Assembly (NCBI GenBank): GCA_963699775.1
Contig: CAVOVE010000015.1
Coordinates: 687,588-751,587, forward strand
Source of the DNA: an uncultured Candidatus Rokubacteria bacterium
Lineage (GTDB): Bacteria > JAUVQV01 > DATDCY01
DNA length: 64,000 bases
Reading direction: 5' to 3'
The notes under the pieces were generated by a model. It was not told the origin of the DNA, ran no database searches, and saw only the letters and a list, made by a program, of their open reading frames with translations. A program made the translations under genes and the position numbers. Positions 13,495 through 26,465 of the stretch are shown piece by piece (position 1 is the first letter of the stretch; every line of letters starts with the position of its first letter).

Positions 13495-13857
13495 GTGACT
13501 GCGACAGAAATAAAAGTTCTTCACGTCGACGACGACGAACCGACGCTGCGCACGGTGGCGCGCCATCTCGAGGCCTCGGGCTTCACGGTCTTTTCCACGA
13601 CCAGCCCGTTCATCGCCCCGATCATCAAGAAAGAGCGCCCGGACATCATCGTCATGGATGTCGACATGCCCATGCTCTCGGGAGACAAGATCGTGTCCAT
13701 CATCCGCGGCAACGAATTTTCAACACTGCCCGTGATCTTCTTCAGCGGAAAACCGGATCATCTCCTCGCCGCCATGGCGTCGAAGTCTGCAGCCGGCATC
13801 GTACGTGTCAAAAAACAGAGGATTGCCAGGAGCTTGTGCAAAAGATCGTGCAACTGA
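13495..13857 (+). CDS. stand-alone response regulator receiver domain protein
   Basis: VLHVDDDEPTLRTV...IIVMDVDMPMLSGDK receiver motifs; C-terminal 15 aa uncertain (frame ambiguity). Confidence 0.75.
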   Translation: MTATEIKVLHVDDDEPTLRTVARHLEASGFTVFSTTSPFIAPIIKKERPDIIVMDVDMPMLSGDKIVSIIRGNEFSTLPVIFFSGKPDHLLAAMASKSAAGIVRVKKQRIARSLCKRSCN

Positions 13858-14108
13858 CCTTCCGCTGACACCTGTCCCTGGACACGTTTCTCTCAGACGC
13901 GTCAGAACTTCACACCTGATCTCATCACTGTTCATTGCCTGAAATTCCTGCGATCACGTCGTCAGTGGGAGGCTCGAGCGAACAGTATGAGTTCATTCTC
14001 TTGAAATACATCATATTTTAATTGACACAATATACTGTTAGCACTATATACATACCATGGCATCCGTACAGACCCTTTCATCGATACCGCGGAGAATCAT
14101 CTTTCACC

Positions 14109-14707
14109 ATGCCGCAATTCATCGCAATTCTTCGAGAGCAGCTTCCACAGGTGGCGCCGACACAGACGAAGTACCGCGTGACCGAAGTTGCCAAGCGAGC
14201 GAACGATCAGGTTTTACACAGCAAACAACCTTGTTGATAAGCCGGTGTGCGAGAGAGGGCGCACACGCACGCTATGGGTATCGGCATCTCCTCCAGGTCA
14301 TGGCGATCAAGTACCTGCAGTCGCAGTACCTCCCCCTGGTCAAGATCAGATCGCTTGTGGAAAACATCAGCAACCGCGACCTCGAACTTCTGATTCCGGA
14401 GATCGCCCCGGTCACGGCCGCGCACCTGGGGATAGCCCGAGCGGACCGCACGGTTGTCGAAAACCCGTTTCTTCCACAGGCGTTTCCGTTCAATGCTCGG
14501 GAGCCGAAGCGGAGCCAGCGCCCGTTGAACATGCCGGCGACGATGGCCACGACCCTCGACACCTGGCGTCGCGTCGAGATCGGGCCGGGGATCGAACTGC
14601 ACGTGCACGCCGCGGCGCTCGCGGAGGCGGATATCGAACGTCTGAGAGGGACGCTGTTGCGGGAACTCGGCGTTCTGCGCGGCTGGTTTCCGGAGCAGGA
14701 AAGATAA
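14109..14707 (+). CDS. MerR-family transcriptional regulator; HTH reconstructed across three frames
   Basis: KYRVTEVAKRAN (frame 14022) / RTIRFYTANNLVDKPV (frame 14188) / YGYRHLLQVMAIKYLQSQYLPLVKIRSLVEN (frame 14057) together give a canonical MerR HTH and coiled coil. Confidence 0.5.
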
Positions 14708-14764
14708 CCCCGCCGAGGCGTTGCCGCCCGGGCGGGGATCGGTGCTCCGCGGCTGCCCGCGGAG

Positions 14765-14884
14765 CTAGAACTTCTGCTGTCCGCTGGAGGCGCGGAGTCT
14801 GCGCTTGGTGTACTTCCTCGCGAGGGCAGCCTTCTTGCGGTTGCCTTTCGAGCGGTTCTTCGTGCTGGCTTTCATCGTGTGCAT
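14765..14884 (-). CDS. small highly basic protein (approx. 39 aa, MHTMKASTKNRSKGNRKKAALARKYTKRRLRASSGQQKF); function unknown
   Basis: short ORF in the intergenic region between merR-like gene and dNK; Lys/Arg-rich like ribosome-associated small proteins; no firm family. Confidence 0.3.
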   Translation of the reverse strand: MHTMKASTKNRSKGNRKKAALARKYTKRRLRASSGQQKF

Positions 14885-15029
14885 CCTCCTCGATTCGTAA
14901 AGATCGTCTCTTATACACGATTTCCGGCGCGAAGGGGAAGCCCCTCGCCGCAAACGGCGGGCGTCGGGATTTGAACAATCGCGCCGCGCACTCTACACTT
15001 GCCCGCGTGATGCGCGGGGAGCCGCCTTC

Positions 15030-15650
15030 GTGAAGAACAGGTTCATCGCCGTCGCCGGGAGCATCGGCGCCGGCAAGTCGAGCCTGATCCGTTTTCTCCA
15101 GGAGCGCTTCGGGATGCACCCCTTCTACGAGCGCAACGACGACAACCCGTTTCTCGCCGATTTCTACCGGGACATGCCCGCGTTCGCCTTCCCGGCGCAG
15201 GTCTGGTTTCTCGCCCGCAAGTTCAAGGCGCACCGGGAGATCGGGCATTTCGACCTCCCGGCGGTGCTCGACCGCACGATCTACGAGGACGCCGAGGTCT
15301 TCGCGGCCCACCTCGCCGAGCGCGGCCTGTTCCCGCCCCGCGAGTACGAAACCTACCTCACGCTCTACCGCACCATTCGCGACGTGCTGCCGCCGCCGAA
15401 ATTGCTGATCTACCTCAAGTCGTCGGTTCGCACGCAGCGCCGGCGCATCGCGCTGCGCGGGCGACCCATGGAGCACGGGCTCGACCCGGCCTATCTGCGG
15501 GGTCTCAACCGCCTCTACCGCGGGTGGATCGGCCGCTGGCGGGTGTCCCCGGTGCTCGTGCTCGATGCCGACCGCCTGGATTTCGTCGCCGACCTCGCGC
15601 ACCAGGCCGACGTGCTGACGACGCTGCGCCGGAGCCTGGAGCGCACATGA
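15030..15650 (+). CDS. deoxynucleoside kinase (dAK/dGK/dCK family)
   Basis: P-loop IAVAGSIGAGKSSL, ERNDDNPFLADFY, DRTIYEDAEVFA dNK family motifs; GTG start. Confidence 0.8.
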   Translation: MKNRFIAVAGSIGAGKSSLIRFLQERFGMHPFYERNDDNPFLADFYRDMPAFAFPAQVWFLARKFKAHREIGHFDLPAVLDRTIYEDAEVFAAHLAERGLFPPREYETYLTLYRTIRDVLPPPKLLIYLKSSVRTQRRRIALRGRPMEHGLDPAYLRGLNRLYRGWIGRWRVSPVLVLDADRLDFVADLAHQADVLTTLRRSLERT

Positions 15651-15677
15651 GCCCCGCCCGCCGCAGACGGGCCCCTT

Positions 15678-17198
15678 TCAGCGGCCGGCCCGGGCCGGCG
15701 CGCGCTGCATGAAGAAGACGAGGACCAGGACCGAGAGCATCAGGATCGAGGTGACGAAGAAGGTGTCGTTGAAGGCGAGCATCCGCGCCTGGCGCAGCAG
15801 CTGTCCGTAGATCAGCCCGTCCGCGCCCGCACCCGACACCCCCTTGGCGACGAGGGCCGCGGCGGCTTTGCTCTTGGCCATGGTGTAGGCGGGGTCGAAG
15901 ACGCTGAGGTGGTCGACCAGCCGCGCCTGGTGGAACTGCGAGCGGCGCGCGAGCAGCGTCGTGACGAAGGCGATCCCCACGGCCCCCCCCATGTTGCGCA
16001 GCAGGTTGTACATCGAGGTCGCCTGCCCCATTTTTTCCCGCGGGATGTGGGAGAGCGTCAGCGTGGTCAGCGGGATGAAGGACAGCCCCATGCCGAGCCC
16101 GAGGGTGATCCGGGGCAGCACGAAGGTCCAGAAGTCGGCCTGCAGGTTGAACTGCGACATCAGCCAGGTGGTGATGGAGCAGATGACGATCCCGACCCCG
16201 AGGATCTTCTTCGGGTTCACCTTCTGGACGAGCTTGCCGACGATCGGCATGACGCAGAGGGTGGCGAGCCCCCCCGGCCCGAGGACGAGCCCCGCGTCGT
16301 AGGAACTGTAGCCCATCAGGCTCTGGACGTAGATCGGCAGCAGGACGATGCTGCCGAGGAGGTTGAAAAAGAGGAAGAACATGACCACCGAGCCGGTGGC
16401 GAACGTCGGGTCGCGAAACAGCCGCAGGTCGATGATCGGCTGCGCGACGTTGAGTTCGTTGATGACGAGCAGGATCAGCGCGAAGAAGGAAACGAGGGCG
16501 AAGACCACGATCAGATCCGACGAGAACCAGTCCTCCTGCTGGCCCTTGTCGAGGACCAGCTGCAGCGAGCCGAGGCCGAGGGCGAGGAAGACCAGCCCCG
16601 GGTAGTCGATGCGCATCTTCATCCGCGTCATCCAGGGGGGGTCCTGGATGACGATGGCGTTCATGACGACGGCGAGCACCCCGAGCGGGATGTTGATGTA
16701 GAAGATCCAGCGCCAGGACCAGCTGTCGGTGATCCAGCCCCCCATGATCGGCCCGACGATCGGACCGACCATGGCGCCGACGCCGAAGATCGCCATCGCG
16801 ACGCCGTGCTGCTTCGGCGGGAACGCCTCGAGCAGGATCGACTGGCTCACCGGCACGAGCCCGCCCCCGGCCAGCCCCTGCATCACCCGGAAGAAGATCA
16901 GGCTCGGGAGGCTCCAGGCCGAGCCGCAGAGAAAGGAGCTGACGGTGAACAGGACGATCGAGCCGATCTGGTAGTTCTTCCGGCCGAAGAGCCGGCTCAG
17001 CCAGCCGGACATCGGGATCACGATCGCGTTGGCCACGAGATAGGCGTTGATCGTCCAGGTGGCCTCCTCGATGCCGGCGGAGAGGGAGCCGCGGATGTGG
17101 TCGAGCGAGACGTTGACGATCGAGGTGTCGATGATCTCGATCAGCGTCGGCAGCATCACCGTGAAGGCGATGAGCCACTTGTTCCTGGAGACGGTCAT
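15678..17198 (-). CDS. emrB: MFS drug efflux transporter, DHA2/EmrB-QacA family (14 TMS)
   Basis: 506 aa; LIEIIDTSIVNVSL, RVMQGLAGGGLVP motifs typical of EmrB. Confidence 0.9.
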   Translation of the reverse strand: MTVSRNKWLIAFTVMLPTLIEIIDTSIVNVSLDHIRGSLSAGIEEATWTINAYLVANAIVIPMSGWLSRLFGRKNYQIGSIVLFTVSSFLCGSAWSLPSLIFFRVMQGLAGGGLVPVSQSILLEAFPPKQHGVAMAIFGVGAMVGPIVGPIMGGWITDSWSWRWIFYINIPLGVLAVVMNAIVIQDPPWMTRMKMRIDYPGLVFLALGLGSLQLVLDKGQQEDWFSSDLIVVFALVSFFALILLVINELNVAQPIIDLRLFRDPTFATGSVVMFFLFFNLLGSIVLLPIYVQSLMGYSSYDAGLVLGPGGLATLCVMPIVGKLVQKVNPKKILGVGIVICSITTWLMSQFNLQADFWTFVLPRITLGLGMGLSFIPLTTLTLSHIPREKMGQATSMYNLLRNMGGAVGIAFVTTLLARRSQFHQARLVDHLSVFDPAYTMAKSKAAAALVAKGVSGAGADGLIYGQLLRQARMLAFNDTFFVTSILMLSVLVLVFFMQRAPARAGR

Positions 17199-17201
17199 TC
17201 A

Positions 17202-17294
17202 GTTCCCGTGCGGGCTGCGGGGTCCTGTCGCTGCGGACCTCCGCCGTGCTCGCTTCGCTCGCGCGACGGAGACTCCTCATCGCGCCACGGGAAC
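17202..17294 (-). repeat. MITE-like repeat, copy A (93 bp; terminal inverted repeats GTTCCCGTGCG / CGCCACGGGAAC; internal hairpin GGTCC-N9-GGACC); ATG of the family replaced by GCG
   Basis: near-identical to segments at approx. 50391-50516, 53288-53410 and (inverted) 54893-55094; lies 3 nt upstream of the emrB start and inside the unterminated emrA reading frame. Confidence 0.7.
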
Positions 17295-18547
17295 GGTCGA
17301 GCGAGTTCCCAACGCCCAGAGGGCTTTTCCGGCGGCCGTCATCGGCAAGGATCGTCGGGTTGACGGACATGCCGACCCGCAGGACCTCCTCCGCCCCCTG
17401 GTTCGGGTCGAGGACGATCTTGACCGGGATGCGCTGCACGACCTTGACGTAATTGCCGCTCGCGTTTTCGGGGGGGAACAGGGAGAAGGCCGCACCGGTG
17501 CCGGCCATCAGGCTGTCGACCCGCCCGGTGAACACCCGACCGGGGATCGCGTCGACCTTGATCCGCACGGGCTGGCCGGGCTTGATGGAGTGGACCTGGG
17601 TTTCCTTGTAGTTCGCGACGACGGAGAGATCGCTCAGCGAGACGACGGCCAGCAGCGGCTGCCCGGCCTGGATCTGGTTGCCGACCTCCACCGCCTTCCT
17701 GGTGACAAACCCGTCCGCGGGTGAGACGAGGGTGGCGTAGCCGAGGGTCAGTTTCGCGATCGCGACCTGGGACTCCCGACCCTTGACCTGCTCCCCGTGC
17801 GTGCGGATGGCGGCCTCGGCCTGGCTCGAGCGCCGTCTTCTCGACCGCCACGGCCGCCCGCGCCTGGGCCGCCGCCGTCGCGTGGTTCGCGAGGGCGACC
17901 TCCGCCTGCTTCTTCAGCTCCCGCGCGGACGCCAGCGACTCCCGGGCGCTCTCGGCGGCGGTCTGCGCCTGCTCGAAGCGGTCCCGGGGGATGACCTTCT
18001 TGGCGAAGAGATTCTCCGCGCGGGTCAGGTCGTTTTGGGCCTGCCCGAGGAGCACGGTCCGGGACCGGACGTCGGCTTCCCGCACCGCCACCGCCGCGGC
18101 GAGTTCCTCGCGCGAGGCGAGCACGCGGGCGAGATTGGCCTCGGCCGCCGCGATCCGGGTTCCGGCCCCGGCGCGCAGGGCCGCGAGTTCGCCGCCCCGC
18201 AGCGACTCGGCCTGCAGCGCGGCCTCGGCCTCCACGAGCCGCTCGCGGGCAACGTCCGGGTCGAGTTCGACCAGCACCTCGCCGGCGCGAACGCGCTGGT
18301 TGACGGCGGCGTTGACCCTGGCCACGGTGCCCGGAACGCGGGAGGCGACCGAGTAGATCGTCCCCTCCACGTAGGCGTCGTCGGTCCGGATGTGCGTGTG
18401 GTTGTAGCGCAGGTACCGGTCGCGGCCAACGAGCACCGCGACGACGAGCACCCCGACGACGAGAAAGCCGATGAAACGGCGCCGGCGCGGCGGCACCGGC
18501 GCCGTTGCTGGCGGCGCCGGCAGCGGCGCCTGCGGCACATCACTCAT
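17230..18547 (-). CDS. emrA: HlyD-family membrane fusion protein (EmrA-like periplasmic adaptor); frame change near 17800, 3' end ill-defined
   Basis: N-terminus MSDVPQ...RRFIGFLVVGVLVVAVLV TM anchor plus coiled coil (ORF 17339..18616); C-terminal barrel LLAVVSLSDLSVVANYKETQVHSIKPGQPVRIKVDAIPGRVFTGRVDSL...VQRIPVKIVLDPNQ in ORF 15505..17691 frame; that frame has no stop before or within repeat copy A. Confidence 0.8.
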
Positions 18548-19878
18548 GGTCTGCCCCCTTGCCCGTGCTGCGCGCGTCACCGCCCCAGGCGGCGACGAGA
18601 TCGCTGCCGACCGCAAAGCCCAGGCGCGCCCGGGCCTCGGTCACGTCGTACCGCGCGTTGAGAAAGTTCTGCTCCGCCGTCGTCGCGAGGCTCACCGCGT
18701 CCAACACCTCCGTGGCCGTCCCGACCCCCTCGCCGTATCGCAGCTGCTGCAGGCGGAGATTTTCCTTGGCCTGCTCGACCGCCCGCTCCGTGGCGCTGAC
18801 CCGGGACCGTGCGGTCTGCAGGGAAAGAAACCCCTCCTGCACTTCGAGCTGCACGGCGTCGAGCAGCTGCTCGCGCGCCCGCTCGATCAGGATGAGCTCC
18901 CGCTCCTTCTGGCGAAGTTTTTCCCCGGTGACGCCGCCGGAGAAGATGTTGAAATCGACGCCGGCCTGGAGCACCCAGTTCCCCTCGTGCACCGTGTACT
19001 CGTTCTGGGCGAAATCGTACCCGCCGCCGACGTAGAGCTTCGGGTAGTACTCCTTGCTCGCCGCGGCGCGCCGCGCCTCGGTCGAGGCCAGCCGCGTCTG
19101 GAGCCCCTTGAGTTCGAGGCGCTCGCGCAGCGCCGCCGCAAGCGCCTCGTCCAGGCTGCTCTCGGCGCCGGCGGCCGCCGGCCCGGAAATCTCCTGCGGG
19201 TCGACCGGGAGCGCGAGCGGCCTCTGCAGCAGGCTGTTCACCTGCGCCGCGGCGAGCGCCCGGAGATTCTCCGCCTGCAGGCGCCGCTGAACGGCATCGG
19301 AGAGCCGGACCTCGGCCTGGAGCAGGTCGTTCTCCGTGATCGTCCCCTCCTCCAGCAGCGCCCGGGTGTCGTCCCGGTGCGCCTGGAAGCGGGTGACCTC
19401 CTGCTCCTGGAGGGCGAGGAGCTTTTCGGCGCGCAGGAGCCTGATGTAGCGTCAGGATGAAGCGCAGCGCGGATCGGTTTCTGGCCAGGGACGTCTCCAG
19501 CTTTTTGAAGTCGACATCGAGGACCGCCGCACGGACCGCCGCGTCCGCCCGGCCGAAATCGAAGAGCAGCTGGCGGACCCGCACGCCCAGGGAGAAGGAG
19601 TTTTGCTCGGCGACCGGGAAGGTCCGGGTGTCCACGATGGTCTGGGGCTGGTAGGCGAGCAGGGTCTCGCGGGCGTACACGTCGACGGTCGGCTTCCAGA
19701 CGCTGCCGGCGAGAATCGGCCCGGACTTGAGCACCTCTTCTTCGGCGGCGGAGACGGCGATCTCGCGGCCGGATCGTGAGATCACGGCGAGGCCTTCCGC
19801 CAGGCTGATCGCGTGCGATCGGACGGCGCCAGGCCCGAGCGCGAGCAGGCAGCACGAGAGCGCCAGCGCCTGTTTCAT
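18540..19878 (-). CDS. tolC: TolC-family outer membrane efflux protein; frame change near 19250-19400
   Basis: signal peptide MKQALALSCCLLALGPGAVRS and first OEP repeat in ORF 18577..20664 frame; second OEP repeat in ORF 18540..19241; stop overlaps emrA start. Confidence 0.8.
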
Positions 19879-19889
19879 CGCAGGCCGCC

Positions 19890-20664
19890 GCCGCGCCGGT
19901 CTCACCCGCATCGGTTCCGGGAGGCGGGCCTGTCTGACAGCAGGTGCCCCCGCGCGCGCCAGGCCCTCGCGCAGGGCGTGCTCCACGGTGCGCAGCACCT
20001 TGACCCGGGCGTGCAGCTTGTCGTTCGCCTCGACGATGACCCAGGGCGCCTGGTGCGTGCTCGTCTTGAGGATCATCTCGTCCGCGGCCTGCAGGTGGTC
20101 CTCCCACTTGCCGCGGTTGCGCCAGTCCTCCTCGGTCAGCTTCCAGGACTTGTAGTGAATGCGCTCGCGCTCGCGAAAGCGCTTGAGCTGCTCCTCCTTG
20201 GAGATGTGGATCCAGAGCTTGATCACCGTCGTGCCGTGCGCCACGAGCTGGCGCTCGAACTGGTTGATCTCGGAGTAGGCGCGCGCCCAGGCCTCGGCGG
20301 TGCAGTAGCCCTCGACGCGCTCGACGAGCACGCGGCCGTACCAGGAGCGGTCGAAGATCGCGATCTGGCCGTCTTCCGGGAGCCGGCGCCAGAAGCGGTA
20401 GAGGTAGTGCCGCTCGCGATCGTCGCCGTGCGGCGCGCCGATCGGCCAGACGACGTAGCCGCGCGGGTCGAGGTTCTGGGTCAGCCGCTTGATGGCGCCG
20501 CCCTTGCCGGCCGCGTCCGGTCCCTCGAAGACGATCACGACCGGGAGGCGGTTCAGGTAGACCTGGTACCCGAGCAGGTGCAGGCGGTTCTGCAGCGCCT
20601 TGATCTCGCGCTCGTAGTCGGCGCGCTTGATCTTCAGCGAGAGATCGAGCCGGTCAAAGACCAC
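19890..20664 (-). CDS. ppk2: polyphosphate kinase 2 (PPK2, single-domain)
   Basis: VVIVFEGPDAAGKGGAIKRL Walker A, YLYRFWRRLPEDGQIAIFDRSWYGRVLVERVEG, lid WKLTEEDW; in the assembled frame it reads into the tolC signal peptide without a stop. Confidence 0.8.
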
Positions 20665-21507
20665 GGTGCGTCACCTTGGCCTTGGCGAACTGCGGTTTCG
20701 CGCGGCGGCGCCGCGCCCGGGCGGCCCGGGGCGCAGCCTTGGGCTTCGGCTGCGGCGGGGCCGCGGCGCCGGCTTTGACCCGCGGCGGCGGCACGTGTGC
20801 GGCGAGGCGATCCTCGAAGGCCCGGATGATCTCCTCGAACACCTTGATCCGGGTGTGATAGCGGTCGGTGGCCTCGACGATGACCCAGGGGGCGTGCGGG
20901 AAGTCGGTGCGGGCGAGCATCTCCTCCACCGCGACCGCGTAACGCGTCGTACTTCTTGTGCTGGGCCGCGTCCTCCCCGGCGACCTGCCAGGAGGTGAGC
21001 TTCGAGGCGAGCAGCTTCTTGAAGCGGCGGCTCTGCTCCTTCTTGCTGATCTGGAGCCAGAACTTGCGGATCAGCGTCCCCTCGGCGCCGAGCTTCGACT
21101 CGAACTCGACGATGTCCTGGTAGGCCTCTTTCCAGACGCTTTTCTTCACGAGTCTTGCCGACCCTGCCGATCAGCACGCGGCGATACCACGAGGTGTCGT
21201 AGATGACCGTCTGGCCGTAGGCCGGGATCTGCTGCCAGTAGCGCCACATCCAGGGGTAGCGCATCTCGGAGGAGCGCGGCGGCGAGATCGGCACGACGCG
21301 CACGCCGCGCGGGTCGAGCCGCTCGGTCAGGACGTTGATCGTCCCGCCCTTGCCGGCGGCCGCCCAGCCCTCGAAGACGATCATCGCGGGGATCTGGCGC
21401 TGGAAAGCGGCGTGAACGAGGTCGTAGAGCCGCTCCTGCAACTGGGCGATGCGGCGTTTGTAGACCGTCTTGGAGACAGTCAGACTCAGGTCGACTTTTT
21501 CGAGCAT
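20654..21507 (-). CDS. ppk2: second polyphosphate kinase 2 (tandem with the first; possibly a two-domain PPK2); 2-3 frame changes
   Basis: MIVFEGWAAAGKGGTINVLTERLDPRGVRVV, YPWMWRYWQQIPAYGQTVIYDTSWYRRVLIGRV in ORF 20671..21507; continuation KKSVWKEAYQDIVEFE..FWLQISKKEQ.. and C-terminus DFPHAPWVIVEATDRYHTRIKVFEEI in two other minus frames. Confidence 0.75.
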
Positions 21508-21613
21508 GGGCGAAATGTAGCACAGCGGGCACGCGGCAGGCTAGGCCTGACCGGAGGCTTCGTATACAATACCCGGGAACGTGCGATCTCTCCGGGCTCC
21601 CTGAGCCGGGCCT

Positions 21614-23884
<2,271 letters not shown>

Positions 23885-23894
23885 GCGCCCGGAG

Positions 23895-25472
23895 ATGCCG
23901 TCGTTTCTCCTGCCCGCCGGCCTCGGGATTCCCGACCTTCTCGAGCGCCTGGCCCCGCTCGGCACCCTCGATGCGGGCGCGGACGAGCACGAGCCGCCAC
24001 ACGCTTCTGGACACGCTTCGATTGGCGCCTGCACCGGGCCGGGTGGTCCCTGGAGCGCGTCGACGACGGCAGCCGGGGTGGCTGTGCCTGCGCCCGCTGG
24101 ACGGGGGCCCGCCGCTCGCCCGCCACGCGGGGCCGACGATCCGCTTCGCCCGCGAACTGCCGCCCGGAGCGCTGCGCGAGCGTCTCGAGCCGGTGCTTCA
24201 CCCGCGGGCGCTGCTCGCGATCGCCGTCGTCGGACGTGACCAGAGACCCCGATCGCCGTACGTTCCGCGCGCGGTCTCACGACGGCCCGGCTCGTGCTCA
24301 GCTCAATGCGCGTCGCCCCCCCCGACGCCGATCCGTCACTGCCGTGGCTGCCGTTGCGACCCGTGCTCACGGTCCCTCCCGGCCCCCGCGCGGCCGCCGT
24401 GAGCGCGCTGTGCGCCGCGTGGCCCGACTGCGAGCCGGCGCCCCCCGACCGCATCGCCGCGCTTCTCGAACCCCTGGGGCGATCGCCGCGCGACTATTCG
24501 GGCAAGATCAAGGTGCCGCTCGACGGCGCGCTGCCGGCGCGCGACGCCGCCCGGGCGCTGCTGCTGCACCTGCTGGGCACGCTGGAGGCGAACCTGGCCG
24601 GCGTTCGCGACGACCTCGACCCCGAGTTCCTGCACGACCTGCGCGTCGCGGTGCGGCGCACCCGCTCCGCGCTCGGGCAGATCAAGCGCGTTCTGCCGCC
24701 GGCGACCACCGCCCGCTTCGCCCGCGAGTTCGCCTGGCTGCAGGAGCTGACCGGCCCGGCCCGCGACCTCGACGTCTTCGGGCTCGAGCTGCCCGCACTG
24801 GGCAGTCTCCTGCCGCCGCGGTCGCGCCGCAGCCTCGGTCCTCTCGCGCGCCTGCTGGAGCGGAAGCGGCGATCCGCCTACGCCGAGCTGGCGCGCGAGC
24901 TGGACACGCCGCGGTTCGCCCGGCTGCTCGCCGACTGGCGCGCCTTTCTGCTCCAGCCGACGCCGCAGCGGCCCTCCGGCGCCCCGAACGCGCTGCGGCC
25001 GTGCGCCGAACTGGCCGCGGAGCGCATCGGCACGCTGCACCGGCGCGCCCTGCGCGAGGGCGCCGCGATCGACGCCGCCTCGCCGGCCGGCGATCTCCAC
25101 GAGTTGCGCAAGACCTGCAAGAAACTGCGGTATCTCGTCGAGTTCTTCCATTCGCTCCTGGACCGGGACGCAGCGGAGGCGGCCATCGCCTCGCTCAAGG
25201 GGCTGCAGGACACGCTCGGGGGCTTCCAGGATCTCCAGGTCCAGGCCGACGCGCTGCTCGGGTACGCCCGCGAACTGGCGCGGGAGGGCCAGGCGCCGCC
25301 GCCGACCTACATCGCGCTGGGCATGCTCGTCGAGCGCCTGCGCGAGGAGCAGGCCCGGGCGCGATCCGAGTTCGCCGCGCGGTTCGGCGAGTTTTCGCGA
25401 AAATCAAGCCGCAAGGACTGGAAGCGGCTGCTCGCCGCGCGCGAGGCGGGCTGCGCGGACGCAGAGGGATGA
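23895..25472 (+). CDS. CHAD-domain protein (polyphosphate-granule-associated family); N-terminal region frame-ambiguous
   Basis: CHAD helices FLHDLRVAVRRTRSALGQIKRVL..FAWLQELTGPARDLDV..LHELRKTCKKLRYLVEFF in ORF 24294..25472; plausible N-terminal pieces in 23895 and 22351 frames. Confidence 0.7.
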
Positions 25473-25481
25473 AGGTCAGTC

Positions 25482-25945
25482 ATGGCTAAGGAAATCGAGC
25501 GCAAGTTCCTGGTGACCGGCGATGACTGGCGCCCCGGCGCCCAGGGTGTGCCGTACCGTCAGGGGTACCTCGGCGCCGGGGCGGACGCCAGCTGCACGGT
25601 GCGCGCCCGCGTCGCCGGGGAGCGCGCCTGGCTCACGATCAAGGGGCCGGCGGCGGCGGGCTCCCGGGACGAGTACGAGTACCCGATCCCGGTCGCCGAC
25701 GCGGAGGAGATGCTCGAGCACCTCTGCGTCGGCGGGCGCATCGAGAAGATCCGTTACCGGGTGCCGTACGCCGGGCACACCTGGGAGGTGGACGAATTCG
25801 CCGGGGAGAACGCTCCCCTCGTGGTCGCGGAGGTGGAATTGGACAGGATCGACGCCGACGTTGCGCTCCCTCCTGGGTCGGGCTCGAAGTGACGTACGAC
25901 CCGCGCTACACCAACGCCGCGCTCGCGCGGCACCCGTACTCCCGC
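25482..25945 (+). CDS. CYTH-domain protein (triphosphate tunnel metalloenzyme; CyaB/ThTPase-like)
   Basis: MAKEIERKFLV (ExExK motif), acidic patch; last approx. 20 aa inferred across a frame change. Confidence 0.75.
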
Positions 25946-26032
25946 TGGGGGAAACATGAAATTTTTCAGCAACAATTGCGACAGCCGCCAGAATGTTCGC
26001 AGCCCCGGTGGTCTGCGGGCGAGGCGCCCGCG

Positions 26033-26465
26033 CCATGAAGGGCGTGCGCAAGCCGGACTCCTGGTACCGCCAGTCCGGGGTGATCGCCGTGCGCGTCAAG
26101 GACAAAGCGCCCCAGGTGCTGCTGGTGACCAGCAACGGCGGCAAGCGCTGGGTGATCCCGAAGGGCATCGTCGAGAAGGGCTACTCCCCCGGCGAGTTCC
26201 GCCGCCAAGGAGGCCTGGGAGGAGGCTGGTGTCACCGGGTGCATCTCGCGCCGGATGATCGGCCGCTACCGCTACGAGAAGTGGAACGGGGTCTGCACGG
26301 TGCTCGTCTACCGCCTGGACGTGGAACGAGATCCACCGCGACTGGCCCGAGGCGCACGTGCGCCGCAGGAAGTGGCTCGCGCCCGCGGCGGCGGCGGCTC
26401 GCGTCGGCGATCCGGTGCTCGCGCAGCTCATCCTCGACGCGTTCCCGAAGCGGTGGCGGACGTGA
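26033..26465 (+). CDS. NUDIX hydrolase; two frame changes
   Basis: SGVIAVRVKDKAPQVLLVTSNGGKRWVIPKGIVEKGYSP ... AWEEAGV-like segment ... RYRYEKWNGVCTVLVYRLDV spread over three plus frames. Confidence 0.6.
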
